Assembly: GCA_017504625.1 (NCBI GenBank) | Contig: JAFVQU010000007.1 | Location: forward strand, 57,275 to 121,274 | DNA: 64,000 nt | Source of the DNA: Clostridia bacterium | GTDB lineage: Bacteria; Bacillota; Clostridia; Oscillospirales; CAG-272 | Direction: 5' to 3' | Shown here: positions 63,928 through 64,000 of the stretch, one piece after another | Position numbering within the stretch: the first letter of the stretch is position 1 | Layout of the letters: every line of letters starts with the position of its first letter | Notes under the pieces: generated by a model | The model's database searches: none | The model's input: the letters and a program-made list of their open reading frames with translations, nothing else | Told to the model about the DNA's origin: nothing | Translations under genes and position numbers: made by a program

Positions 63928-63972
63928 TGGTCGGAGTGACGGGATTCGAACCCACGACCTCTTGGTCCCGAA
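63928..63972 (-). pseudogene. 3' half of tRNA-Pro(CGG): anticodon loop to CCA, without a matching 5' half in the remaining 28 nt
   Basis: The minus strand reads TTCGGGA (loop with anticodon CGG and G37), CCAAG, AGGTC, GTGGG-TTCGAAT-CCCGT and CACTCCG-A-CCA, with G72/A73 as in bacterial tRNA-Pro. Upstream sequence ATTTG pairs with CCAAG at only 3 of 5 positions, and no D-arm is visible. Confidence 0.6.
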
Positions 63973-64000
63973 CAAATACGCCATCGTTTTTTGACTACTT

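Noticed and set aside
63928-64000. I considered an intact tRNA gene, or the 3' end of tmRNA, at the right edge.
   Set aside because: The 28 nt upstream of the anticodon loop do not form the anticodon stem or a D-arm. The implied acceptor 5' strand (CGGAGTG) is not the GGGG start of tmRNA. I report it as a tRNA-Pro 3' fragment instead.
1-64000. A window-wide look for CRISPR arrays, transposases or integrases, phage genes, toxin-antitoxin pairs, retron or DGR reverse transcriptases, and known defence-system signatures.
   Set aside because: I saw no regularly spaced direct repeats and no recombinase, transposase, RT or nuclease-helicase defence-type ORFs. All large ORFs are accounted for by housekeeping, transport or envelope functions. 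The only mobility hint is the set of tRNA-Pro remnants at the right edge.

Overview
This window looks like a mostly housekeeping chromosomal segment from a spore-forming Clostridia-type Firmicute. Supporting genes are ylmC/ymxH, a spoVB-like flippase, rnfCDGEAB, a GTP-type PEPCK and the ecfA1-ecfA2-ecfT-truA arrangement. I support about 58 protein genes: ktrBA, a lexA-nrdG-nrdD-trxB-like cluster, pck, the rnf operon, tadA, rpsB-tsf, a clpE-containing membrane-protein cluster, ruvC / DUF951 / yfhO / ruvAB, three ABC transporters, rubredoxin, hom, rarA, cysK, feoAB, an ECF-sigma plus MBOAT/DHHW envelope cluster, and metF plus a split metH. Many canonical sigma-A promoters and rho-independent terminators are readable directly in the sequence. 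I saw no CRISPR array, transposase, integrase or recognisable defence or toxin-antitoxin module, so I cannot point to an obvious new system. The observations most worth a second look are: (1) a class III ribonucleotide reductase with a C-terminal thioredoxin-fold domain, next to a thioredoxin-reductase homolog that lacks the NADPH-binding arginines; (2) an identical bipartite motif (TCGGTCACC-N16-GTATTATAA) upstream of both an ECF sigma gene and a lipoprotein-MBOAT-DHHW gene set; (3) a P-type ATPase homolog with every catalytic signature degenerated, in a tight cluster with clpE, cvpA and a membrane-anchored repeat protein; (4) a duplicated palindromic operator candidate in the feo locus; (5) an orphan 3' half of tRNA-Pro(CGG) plus a tRNA-derived relic at the right edge, which may mark an integration site continuing off-window. 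All functional calls rest on motif recognition by eye, since no database search was possible.
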